Positions 49,084-56,932 of a stretch of DNA of 64,000 bases are shown piece after piece; the first letter of the stretch is position 1, and each line of letters opens with the position of its first letter. The notes below the pieces were generated by a model. That model was not told where the DNA came from. It saw nothing but the letters and a program-made list of their open reading frames with translations, and did no database searches. This DNA is from Christensenellaceae bacterium (GTDB lineage: Bacteria > Bacillota > Clostridia > Christensenellales > Borkfalkiaceae): positions 19,943 through 83,942 of the forward strand of contig JAZNMA010000098.1 of assembly GCA_045579345.1 (NCBI GenBank), read 5' to 3'. The position numbers and the translations under genes are program-made.

Positions 49084-49315
49084 AAAGGAGAAGAGAACAA
49101 AAGGTGACGACGACTTGGGGGATAGTTGATAGATATATAAGATTTACTTGACTTATAGTTGACTGTAGGTAGCATTTTGTATTATATGCAAGGTGCTTTT
49201 TCTATTTTAGGGGGTGGGGTAGTTTTTTAACCAAAAATTTTTTCGCTACGCGAAATAGATATTAGAGTATTATTTTGCGGGGGGCAAATCGGCGATATAG
49301 CGTTGACAAAAAATA

Positions 49316-49343
49316 TTGTAATTAAAACTTTACGTGGTATAAT
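49316..49343 (+). promoter_or_regulatory. promoter of the tRNA/tmRNA operon
   Basis: TTGTAA, 16 nt, TGgTATAAT (extended -10 at 49335-49343). Confidence 0.55.
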
Positions 49344-49494
49344 GTTAATATAAAAATCAAATTATAGGTTTTTTGCATATTAACCTACTCCAGTTTGATT
49401 TCGCAAAACCGTAAATTGTGATAACGGACCATACACAATTAGTTTGTCGGCTAAAGACAATATGGGCGATCTCGTTGTGTGCATCGCCTAATAT

Positions 49495-49579
49495 GACCGA
49501 TTAGTTTAGTGGTAGAACGCTTGTGTAGACATAAGGTGCTAGCAAGATTACAGGAGTTCGATTCTCCTATTGGTCGCCA
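49495..49579 (+). tRNA. tRNA-like gene with aberrant anticodon region (isotype undetermined)
   Basis: Acceptor GACCGAT/ATTGGTC, D arm GTTT-AGTGGTA-GAAC, T arm AGGAG-TTCGATT-CTCCT, and G-CCA end. There are 32 nt instead of about 22 between the D and T arms. Confidence 0.5.
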
Positions 49580-49586
49580 TATATCT

Positions 49587-49943
49587 GGGCTAGTAAAGGT
49601 TTCGATTAGTCAAAGATGGTTACAATTCCACAGGAGTGCTTACCGACCTAACGGTAGGAATTAAATTAAATGCAAAATTATTTGCAAGACCATCCGTTAA
49701 AGTTGCTGCGTAAATAGTAGTAATAGGATTCCAAAATAGGGAGTTTCTCGACAACCCTTGCGGATTAAAAAGAGAATAAGGTCAGACTATCTGTGGTGAC
49801 CTGACAATAACAACACGGAGAAAAGCGCTGACTGCTTTAAGGTCAGTGGTGGAGGATGAATCTAATTCGTTCCTAAAATTGTGGTATAGCGGTTGTAAAA
49901 GTATTTGATTAAGACAAGAGTTCAATTCTCTTCTGGTCCACCA
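49587..49943 (+). ncRNA. ssrA: tmRNA (transfer-messenger RNA)
   Basis: 357 nt. The 5' GGGCTAG pairs with the 3' CTGGTCC-A-CCA, including a G3:U70 wobble (the alanine identity element). GGTTTCGAT is a D-loop analogue (compare GGAUUCGAC). The 3' end is GAC-AAGAG-TTCAATT-CTCTT. An internal tag frame GCA..TAA at 49672-49713 encodes AKLFARPSVKVAA. Confidence 0.8.
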
Positions 49944-50165
49944 TACGACTTGATATGTCGGAAGGTTGTTAGTTTTCCTAAGCCGATTAAAATAAAACTA
50001 ACCGCTTTATGTGTTTCAAATCCTATACAGTGGTGAGTATAGGTTGTGAAAGAAATACGTCCCTGATGGCATAATCTCTTTGACTTACGGGGTTAGGGGT
50101 TTTATCAACCAAAGAATAAGAGAAGGGCGTTTTGCCCGGCAACACGGAAGGAACGCCGTGTGGTT

Positions 50166-50241
50166 GCAGAAATAGCACAATAGGTAGTGCAGTTGATTTG
50201 TAATCAACAGGTTGTCAGTTCGATTCTGTCTTTCTGCTCCA
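50166..50241 (+). tRNA. tRNA-Thr (anticodon TGT)
   Basis: 76-nt cloverleaf: GCAGAAA/TTTCTGC acceptor, anticodon arm GTTGA-TTTGTAA-TCAAC, TTCGATT T-loop, encoded CCA. Confidence 0.85.
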
Positions 50242-50387
50242 AAACCGTTTGTTTGTCTTTTCATTTTTTTGGGTAGAGAAAAGACTATTCCACGTCTGAA
50301 TGACGGTGGCGACGAATATTCTTCTTGCCGAGAATATTTCGTTGTGGATTTCCGCCGGGTAGGGGCAAGGGAACGCTCGGCATTTTT

Positions 50388-50463
50388 AGGGGAGTAGCCA
50401 AGTGGTTAAGGCAACGGACTTTGATTCCGTCATTCGTAGGTTCAAATCCTTCTTCCCCTGCCA
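50388..50463 (+). tRNA. tRNA-Gln (anticodon TTG)
   Basis: 76 nt: AGGGGAG/TTCCCCT acceptor, anticodon arm ACGGA-CTTTGAT-TCCGT, TTCAAAT T-loop, encoded CCA. Confidence 0.8.
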
Positions 50464-50468
50464 AATAT

Positions 50469-50544
50469 AGCAGATTAGAGAAGCGGCTATCTCGCTTGGC
50501 TCATAACCAAGAAATCGCAGGTTCGAGTCCTGCATCTGCAACCA
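50469..50544 (+). tRNA. tRNA with CAT anticodon (Met; fMet or Ile-lysidine not excluded)
   Basis: 76 nt: anticodon arm CTTGG-CTCATAA-CCAAG, T arm GCAGG-TTCGAGT-CCTGC, A1:A72 mismatch at the top of the acceptor stem, encoded CCA. Confidence 0.8.
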
Positions 50545-50569
50545 AAAATAATTTAATGGGGGATTTACC

Positions 50570-50893
50570 ATGAATGGTTTTTTAACCGCTATTACATCTT
50601 TTGCTCGTTGGTGTACGGATAAAATACTTATTCCTGTGTTTGGAAAAGAGTATTGGGGGCAATACTATGGGATTTTTTTGTTTGTTCTTTTTGTTCTTTT
50701 AGTTGCCGCCATCGTTGTTTTGAGTATAATATTGAAAAAAACAATTATTAGGTATAAATCTAAAGTTTCATTTTTAAGAAAAGAATTAAACGATGCGTCT
50801 AATGAATGTCAAAAAAAGAATGATATGATTATTGAATTAAAGAAAAAACTTTTAGTCAAAGAAGCAAAAAGTGAAAAAAGAAAAAAGAGATAA
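50570..50893 (+). CDS. small membrane protein with C-terminal coiled coil
   Basis: 107 aa. One strong TM helix (GIFLFVLFVLLVAAIVVLSIIL), GGGGA upstream. Confidence 0.5.
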   Translation: MNGFLTAITSFARWCTDKILIPVFGKEYWGQYYGIFLFVLFVLLVAAIVVLSIILKKTIIRYKSKVSFLRKELNDASNECQKKNDMIIELKKKLLVKEAKSEKRKKR

Positions 50894-50898
50894 ATTAA

Positions 50899-51168
50899 GT
50901 GAAAGCAAGCAAAAGTTTTTTAAGAAAATATTCTAAACGAATTAACATAAATTGCTGTAGGCATAAAGGCAGTCCTATAATCAAATATCAAATAGGGTAC
51001 ATAGGATTAAGATGCTGTAAAGTAGCAATTTGCCTTGATTGTGAACAAAGGCAAGTAATTTGTCGTGGTTTTGCAAAATGGTTATTAGTACATTTTGTAC
51101 AAACAAAAACAAGGCGAATTAACATTCTTTGCGTTGTGACAAATCAAGAGATGTTTCTATATAGGTGA
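50899..51168 (+). CDS. doubtful ORF (GTG start, Cys/Arg-rich); may instead be the regulatory region of the XRE gene
   Basis: No convincing RBS. The region contains palindromes (TTGCCTTG..CAAAGGCAA, TTTGTACAAA). Confidence 0.2.
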   Translation: MKASKSFLRKYSKRININCCRHKGSPIIKYQIGYIGLRCCKVAICLDCEQRQVICRGFAKWLLVHFVQTKTRRINILCVVTNQEMFLYR

Positions 51169-51171
51169 AAA

Positions 51172-51537
51172 ATGCAAGAAAATAGTATAAATAAAAATCA
51201 AAATTCTGAAACAACGTGTTTTAATGAGATTTTTTCAAAACGTCTTCGTCGTTTAAGATTAGATAAAGACCTTAAATGTGTTGAAGTTGCACTAGGAACA
51301 AGTTTGAGCCATACGGCAATACTTGGATATGAAGATGGTAGTCAATTACCTAAAATGGATTCACTAATAAAATTAGCGGATTTTTTCGATGTGTCTATTG
51401 ATTATTTAACTGGTAGGACCGATTTAAGGCGACTGCCTAAAGAAATAGATATTTTAATGCTTGAAAGCAAATTGTTAGAACTTGGTTCTTACGCTGAACA
51501 GTTTAAGCAAGACCTTTCAAGACGAGAAGAAATATAA
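51172..51537 (+). CDS. XRE-family helix-turn-helix transcriptional regulator
   Basis: FSKRLRRLRLDKDLKCVEVALGTSLSHTAILGYEDGSQLPKMDSLIKLADFFDVSIDYLTGR is a typical HTH_3 domain. Confidence 0.85.
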   Translation: MQENSINKNQNSETTCFNEIFSKRLRRLRLDKDLKCVEVALGTSLSHTAILGYEDGSQLPKMDSLIKLADFFDVSIDYLTGRTDLRRLPKEIDILMLESKLLELGSYAEQFKQDLSRREEI

Positions 51538-51662
51538 TTAATTGTGTCCAAAACTTTCTCCTATATAATAAAGTTTTTTAAACAAAAACGGCTTTCAAAA
51601 TGAAGGTCGTTTTTGTTTGACTTTTAAAGTAAAAAGTCTTAAAATTTAATTGTAAGAATTTT

Positions 51663-51704
51663 TAGTAACAATTTTTAGTAACAAAATACACAAATTAGTA
51701 ACAA
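51663..51704 (+). repeat. three direct repeats of TAGTAACAA (51663, 51676, 51696)
   Basis: Read directly. Located between the XRE gene and tRNA-Trp. Candidate recombinase arm-type or operator sites. Confidence 0.6.
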
Positions 51705-51778
51705 AACCCACTAAACAAAATAAAGAAAAACGCCATTTTTCAACTAAAAATAGCCAAAAAACAGCGTTTTTTTGATGT

Positions 51779-51854
51779 TGGCAGGGGAGACGCGACTCGA
51801 ACACGCAACCGGCGGTTTTGGAGACCGCTGCTCTACCAATTGAGCCACTCCCCT
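51779..51854 (-). tRNA. tRNA-Trp (anticodon CCA)
   Basis: The reverse complement gives AGGGGAG..CTCCCCT acceptor, GCGGT-CTCCAAA-ACCGC anticodon arm, GTTCGAGTC T-loop and encoded CCA. Confidence 0.9.
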
Positions 51855-51912
51855 AAAAACGTATAGATTATACAATAAATTTTAACTTTAGTCAATCAAA
51901 AAGAGGTGAAAA

Positions 51913-52722
51913 ATGAAAAAGAAATTTAAATTAGGTGTAATTGGTGCAGGGTTTATGGCAACAGCTATAATTAAAGGGGCTATTGCAGGAAAAGTTATAA
52001 ACGCCTCAGAAATTATTGTTAGTGACGTAAATCAAATATCGCTAGATAAAATATCTAAAATAGGCGTTGAGGTCACCATGAATAACGTTGAACTTGTTGA
52101 CCAAGCCGAATATGTTTTATTTGCAGTAAAACCACAAAATTTAAATGAATTATTAATTGATATAAAAAGTTGTTTATCTAATTTAAAATTTATTTCGATA
52201 ATGGCTGGTGTTAAAAAAGAAAAATTTAAGAAAGTATTTCCAAACTCTAAGATAGCGAGATGCATGCCTAATACGCCTTGCAGTATTGGTGCTGGAGCTG
52301 TGGGATTAGACGCTTCTGACTTTACCGATAAAAACGACGTAGATTTTATTAACGCTTTATTATCTTCGTTTGGTACAGTTGTAGAGGTTGAAGAGGATAA
52401 ACTCGGTGCGGTTACAGGAGTTAGTGGCAGTTCTCCAGCATATTTTTATTTATTTCTTAAAGGTGTTATTGATGCTGGGGTAAGCCAAGGGCTTTCTTAC
52501 GAACAAGCAAGACTGCTCGCAACTAGTACAATGATTGGTGCCGGGAAAATGGTTGAAAAAAATCCTGAAAAATCACTAGATGAATTAATAAATGCTGTTT
52601 GTAGTAAAGGCGGAACAACAATTGAAGCAATTAAAGTTTATCAAAATAACGATATTAATAAAATAACAAAAGAGGCTCTTGACGCATGTGTAAAAAGGTC
52701 GCAGGAGTTGGAAAATTTATGA
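51913..52722 (+). CDS. proC: pyrroline-5-carboxylate reductase
   Basis: LGVIGAGFMATAIIKG Rossmann start, CMPNTPCSIGAGA, SGSSPAYFYLF motifs. Confidence 0.9.
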   Translation: MKKKFKLGVIGAGFMATAIIKGAIAGKVINASEIIVSDVNQISLDKISKIGVEVTMNNVELVDQAEYVLFAVKPQNLNELLIDIKSCLSNLKFISIMAGVKKEKFKKVFPNSKIARCMPNTPCSIGAGAVGLDASDFTDKNDVDFINALLSSFGTVVEVEEDKLGAVTGVSGSSPAYFYLFLKGVIDAGVSQGLSYEQARLLATSTMIGAGKMVEKNPEKSLDELINAVCSKGGTTIEAIKVYQNNDINKITKEALDACVKRSQELENL

Positions 52723-53171
52723 TTAAAAATGTTGATTTATATACAGACGGTGCTTGTAGTGGAAATCCTGGTATAGGTGGATATTGCGCCATATTGTTAT
52801 ATAACGGAGTTGAAAAAATTGTCAGTGGCTATGAAGTAGATACTACTAATAACAGAATGGAGTTGTTAGCTGTCATAAAAGGTCTGCAATGCTTAAAAGA
52901 AAAATGTAAAGTTAACGTTTATAGTGATTCACAATACGTTACTGATGCATTTAATCAAGGCTGGCTGGATTCGTGGGTTTTGAATGGCTGGAGAACTGCT
53001 GGGAAAAAAGAGGTTAAAAATATAGACCTTTGGAAAACCTTGATTGAACTGATAAAAATACACATTGTTACTTTTATTAAAGTAAAAGGGCATGCTGATA
53101 ATGAATATAATAATAGATGTGATAAAATTGCAGTAAACGAGTACAAAAATTATCAGAACGACAATAATTAA
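52719..53171 (+). CDS. rnhA: ribonuclease HI
   Basis: LYTDGACSGNPGIGGY, TNNRMEL, YSDSQYV, VKGHADNEYNNRCDKIA. ATGA overlap with proC. Confidence 0.9.
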   Translation: MIKNVDLYTDGACSGNPGIGGYCAILLYNGVEKIVSGYEVDTTNNRMELLAVIKGLQCLKEKCKVNVYSDSQYVTDAFNQGWLDSWVLNGWRTAGKKEVKNIDLWKTLIELIKIHIVTFIKVKGHADNEYNNRCDKIAVNEYKNYQNDNN

Positions 53172-53207
53172 AGGATAACTTTTGCCCATTGCAAATATAA
53201 TAGTATT

Positions 53208-54119
53208 ATGGGCTTTTCTAAATTTAATTTATTAAAATACATATTTGTTACGTTAGCAGTTGGCTTGTTAGGACTAGCAATAATCATTTTTGCAGGCTTA
53301 TACTTGCAAACGTTTAACAGTGGTTTTGGGGCAAATCACGAAGATTTGATTTTATCGTTAATAATTAGTATTATTTCGGTCTTAAGTGTAATTATAATAG
53401 TTTTTATCAAAAATTCTGAAACGTTGATATTTAAACTCACCTTTTTAATTATAATTTCCTTTTTTATATTTTTTTTAATCTTATATTTATTAAAAATAAG
53501 CGGTATTATTGATAGTGTTAATTCGCTATCAGATTTTAAAGAATACGTCCGTAGTTTTAATAATTATGCTATAATAATATTCACTGTCATACAATTTTTA
53601 CAAGTTGTGATTTTGCCAATACCATCTGTTTTTACTATTGGAGCAGGTGTTATACTTTTTGGGCCTTTAAAAACAGCCATATTTAGTTGTTTTGGGATTA
53701 TATCCGGTTCAATAGTTGCTTTTATGATGGGTAAATATTTAGGATATAAGCTGGTCAAATGGTTAGTAGGAGAAAAACTTGTTAATAAGATACTCAAACT
53801 AATAAGTGGGAAAGATAAATTATTGCTAACTTTTATGTTATTATTCCCATTTTTTCCAGACGATGCACTTTGTTTCGTTGCGGGTATTACAACAATTAGC
53901 CCTTATTATTTTATTATTACCATTATCATTACACGTTTTGTAACTATTTTCATTTCAACTTATTCTATTAATAATAGCATAATCCCTTATAACACTTGGT
54001 GGGGTATTTTACTTTGGTGCATTATACTCGTTGCAAGCATAAGTATAACTTTTATAATTTATAAAAACGGTAATAAAATAGAAAAATATTTTAAGAATAA
54101 AAAATCAGTTAAAATCTAG
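53208..54119 (+). CDS. TVP38/TMEM64 (DedA/SNARE-associated-like) family membrane protein
   Basis: Polytopic, 303 aa. VILPIPSVFTIGAGVILFGP...GSIVAFMMGKYLG is the characteristic core. Confidence 0.65.
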   Translation: MGFSKFNLLKYIFVTLAVGLLGLAIIIFAGLYLQTFNSGFGANHEDLILSLIISIISVLSVIIIVFIKNSETLIFKLTFLIIISFFIFFLILYLLKISGIIDSVNSLSDFKEYVRSFNNYAIIIFTVIQFLQVVILPIPSVFTIGAGVILFGPLKTAIFSCFGIISGSIVAFMMGKYLGYKLVKWLVGEKLVNKILKLISGKDKLLLTFMLLFPFFPDDALCFVAGITTISPYYFIITIIITRFVTIFISTYSINNSIIPYNTWWGILLWCIILVASISITFIIYKNGNKIEKYFKNKKSVKI

Positions 54120-54151
54120 CGATAAGTATTGTGATTTTGTGAGGCATAATC

Positions 54152-54910
54152 ATGAATATTGTTTTAAGTAATGATGATGGAATTAATAGCAATGGGTTAA
54201 TTTGTTTAGCGAAGAGGTTGTCAATTAAAAACAACTTGCTAATTATTGCTCCTGATAGCAATCGTTCCGCTTCAGCTCATTCAATGACGGTAGAAAAACC
54301 GATAAATATTAGAAAATTAAATTTGATTAAAGGGGTGGATTCTTACGCTATTTCAGGCACTCCTGTTGATTGTGTAAAAATGTCTAAACTTTTATTCCCA
54401 GATTTCAAAGCCGATATTGTTATAGCTGGAATTAATAAAGGACATAATTTGGGGTCAGATATTTTATATTCTGGAACATTAGCCATTGCTTGTGAAGCTG
54501 CATTTTTTAATAATATTTCTTTTGCCTTTTCTTCATTTAATCTAGGGGAAAGCGATTTTGAACTTTTTTCTATTTACGCAGAAAAATTAATCGATATGCT
54601 TTATCCTATTTCAAAACAAGGTGATATTTGGAATATTAATTTCCCAAATACAACCAATTTAAAAGGAATTAAATTTACACAGTTAGGAAAACAAATTTAC
54701 TCCGATAGATATGAACTGATTGAGAACGATACCTATAAGCTAGTGGGGGAATTGCTCTCACACGACCAGAATTCTTGCGATTGCGACGTTGAGTGGATAA
54801 AAAAAGGATATATAACAGTGACGCCAATAGTTTTTAACAAGACGGATTTTAACAGATTAAGAGACCTTAATAAAGATTTAACTTTGAATAAAATTAAAAT
54901 TCATATTTAA
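54152..54910 (+). CDS. surE: 5'/3'-nucleotidase SurE
   Basis: MNIVLSNDDGINSNG N-terminus, SGTPVDCV, GINKGHNLGSDILYSGT. Confidence 0.9.
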   Translation: MNIVLSNDDGINSNGLICLAKRLSIKNNLLIIAPDSNRSASAHSMTVEKPINIRKLNLIKGVDSYAISGTPVDCVKMSKLLFPDFKADIVIAGINKGHNLGSDILYSGTLAIACEAAFFNNISFAFSSFNLGESDFELFSIYAEKLIDMLYPISKQGDIWNINFPNTTNLKGIKFTQLGKQIYSDRYELIENDTYKLVGELLSHDQNSCDCDVEWIKKGYITVTPIVFNKTDFNRLRDLNKDLTLNKIKIHI

Positions 54911-55010
54911 ATAAATTAAATTTTAATTAAATGTTAATTGCATTATCACGATAAAAGTGGTATTATATATAAAGCTTTTAAAGGAAAAATCTTCGGAGAT
55001 TAGGATATAA

Positions 55011-56225
55011 ATGAACAAGGTTGTCGTTATAGGCGGGGGAGCATCGGGATTATTTGCATCTTACGCGTCTGCCTTAAATGGTAATGATACCGTTTTGATA
55101 GAAAAGAACGAAAAACTAGGTAAAAAAATTTATATAACTGGCAAAGGTCGATGTAATTTAACAGCCTCTGTCCCTATTAATGAATTTTATCAAAATGTAG
55201 TTTCTAATCCTAAATTTTTATTTAGTGCATTAAATAAATTTAGCAATGAGGATGTGATAGCTTTCTTCCAAGCTTATGGCTGTAAATTAAAAACAGAAAG
55301 AGGAAATAGAGTTTTTCCAGAAAGTGATAAAGCTAGCGACATTACTAAAACAATTGAAAAAGTTATTGTAAATTTAGGCGTAGACCTAAGATTAAACACT
55401 TGCGTGCAAGAAATTAATGTTAAAAGCAATTGTGTAACTGGCGTAATTACTGATAAGGGTGAAATTAGTTGTGATTCGGTAATTGTTTGCACGGGTGGAA
55501 TCTCTTATCCCAATACCGGCAGTACTGGAGACGGATATAGATTTGCAAAAAAACTTGGACACGAAATTATTGATTTGCGACCTGCATTAGTTGGAATTGA
55601 ACTTAATGGCTCAGACTACTTAGATATGCAAGGTCTATCTCTTAAAAATGTAAAACTTACAGCAAAAGTAGACAATAAAGTAGTCTTTTCAGATTTTGGT
55701 GAAATGCTTTTTACACATTTTGGTGTTTCAGGCCCAATTGTTTTATCGTGCTCGTCAAAGATTAATAGATTAACTAACGTTAATTTTGAAATTGATCTAA
55801 AGCCAGCACTTGATTTTAACACATTGGATAAACGCCTTGTTAGGGAGTTTAGTGAAAATAGCGCAAAAGCAGTTTCTTCAGCAATGCGCAATATATTGCC
55901 AAAATCACTTATTGATTGTGTGTTAAGACAAGCTAAAGTAAATAAAAACGTCAATTGTTGCGAGTTAAAAGCTGAAAGTCGCCAAGATTTAGTAAAAGTT
56001 CTTAAATCATTACATTTCAGCGTTAAAAAATTAAGGCCTATAGAGGAAGCCATTATTACTTCAGGCGGTGTAAACGTTAAAGAAATTAATCCCAAAACAA
56101 TGGAGAGCAAATTTGTAAAAGGATTGTTTTTTGCGGGCGAAGTACTTGACGTTGACGCCTATACCGGCGGTTACAACTTACAGATTGCCTTTTCAACTGG
56201 ATACACTGCTGGCTCAAATGTTTAA
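55011..56225 (+). CDS. NAD(P)/FAD-dependent oxidoreductase, HI0933/YhiN (BaiN-like) family
   Basis: VVVIGGGASGLFAS dinucleotide fold, GKKIYITGKGRCNLT, C-terminal GGYNLQIAFSTG. Confidence 0.8.
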   Translation: MNKVVVIGGGASGLFASYASALNGNDTVLIEKNEKLGKKIYITGKGRCNLTASVPINEFYQNVVSNPKFLFSALNKFSNEDVIAFFQAYGCKLKTERGNRVFPESDKASDITKTIEKVIVNLGVDLRLNTCVQEINVKSNCVTGVITDKGEISCDSVIVCTGGISYPNTGSTGDGYRFAKKLGHEIIDLRPALVGIELNGSDYLDMQGLSLKNVKLTAKVDNKVVFSDFGEMLFTHFGVSGPIVLSCSSKINRLTNVNFEIDLKPALDFNTLDKRLVREFSENSAKAVSSAMRNILPKSLIDCVLRQAKVNKNVNCCELKAESRQDLVKVLKSLHFSVKKLRPIEEAIITSGGVNVKEINPKTMESKFVKGLFFAGEVLDVDAYTGGYNLQIAFSTGYTAGSNV

Positions 56226-56260
56226 ATTATATCAAATCATATTCATACGGGGGTATAACT

Positions 56261-56929
56261 ATGGATAAAATCATACGAATAGCTTTAGACGGTCCGTCAG
56301 GAAGTGGTAAGAGTACTATCGCAAAACGCTTATCATCTAAATTGAATATTCTCTATCTTGATACTGGGGCAATGTATAGAGCTACCGCACTTAAAGCAAT
56401 AAGTCTCGGTATAGACACGCTCGATGAGAGTAAAGTGTCAGAATTTATTGACGATATTAATCTTGAAATAAAGTACGTTGATGGTTGTCAACACACTATC
56501 TTAGATGGCGAAGACGTATCTGAAAAGATTCGTGAACCACACGTGTCTATGGCGGCATCTAATATTTCAAGTTTGAAATGTGTGCGATTAAAAATGGTTG
56601 AAATGCAAAGAAAAATTGCCGATAAAATGTCATGTGTTCTAGATGGTAGAGACATTGGTTCTTTTGTTCTTCCAAATGCTGATTTTAAATTTTATATTAC
56701 AGCGACCACAGACGTTCGCGCAGATAGGCGTTTTAAGGAATTGACGCTTAAAGGTCATAAAGTTGATTATGACAAGTTAAAAGAAGAAATCGAACAGCGA
56801 GATTATAACGATAAGACAAGGGATTTTGCACCGCTCACTAAAGCACCTGATGCAATCGAAATTGATACTTCTTTTATGAACGTTGACCAAGTAATAAGTA
56901 AAGTTCTCTCTGTTATGGGTATCAAATAG
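56261..56929 (+). CDS. cmk: cytidylate kinase
   Basis: IALDGPSGSGKSTIAKRL P-loop, LDTGAMYR, DGRDIG. Confidence 0.9.
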   Translation: MDKIIRIALDGPSGSGKSTIAKRLSSKLNILYLDTGAMYRATALKAISLGIDTLDESKVSEFIDDINLEIKYVDGCQHTILDGEDVSEKIREPHVSMAASNISSLKCVRLKMVEMQRKIADKMSCVLDGRDIGSFVLPNADFKFYITATTDVRADRRFKELTLKGHKVDYDKLKEEIEQRDYNDKTRDFAPLTKAPDAIEIDTSFMNVDQVISKVLSVMGIK

Positions 56930-56932
56930 ATT

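Larger units (their letters stand above)
1..51700. mobile_element. Prophage, partial (left end outside window); right boundary lies somewhere in 51.54-51.86 kb next to tRNA-Trp
   Basis: Continuous phage gene content (terminase, portal, capsid, tape measure, tail, SSB, methyltransferases, recombinase), then an abrupt switch to housekeeping genes after tRNA-Trp. The exact att core cannot be defined without the other end. Confidence 0.8.

Noticed and set aside
49587-49943. Initially read as a tRNA split by a group I intron of about 280 nt, because the 5' and 3' ends form an acceptor stem and a T arm.
   Set aside because: There is no D arm or anticodon arm next to either end. The G3:U70 pair, the GGTTTCGAT box, the length of about 357 nt and an internal Ala-initiated tag ORF ending in AA-stop fit tmRNA much better.
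50212-50573. Three overlapping ORFs (50212-50397, 50325-50573 on +, 50386-50571 on -).
   Set aside because: They run through tRNA-Thr, tRNA-Gln and tRNA-Met and the structured spacer; the RNA genes explain the sequence.
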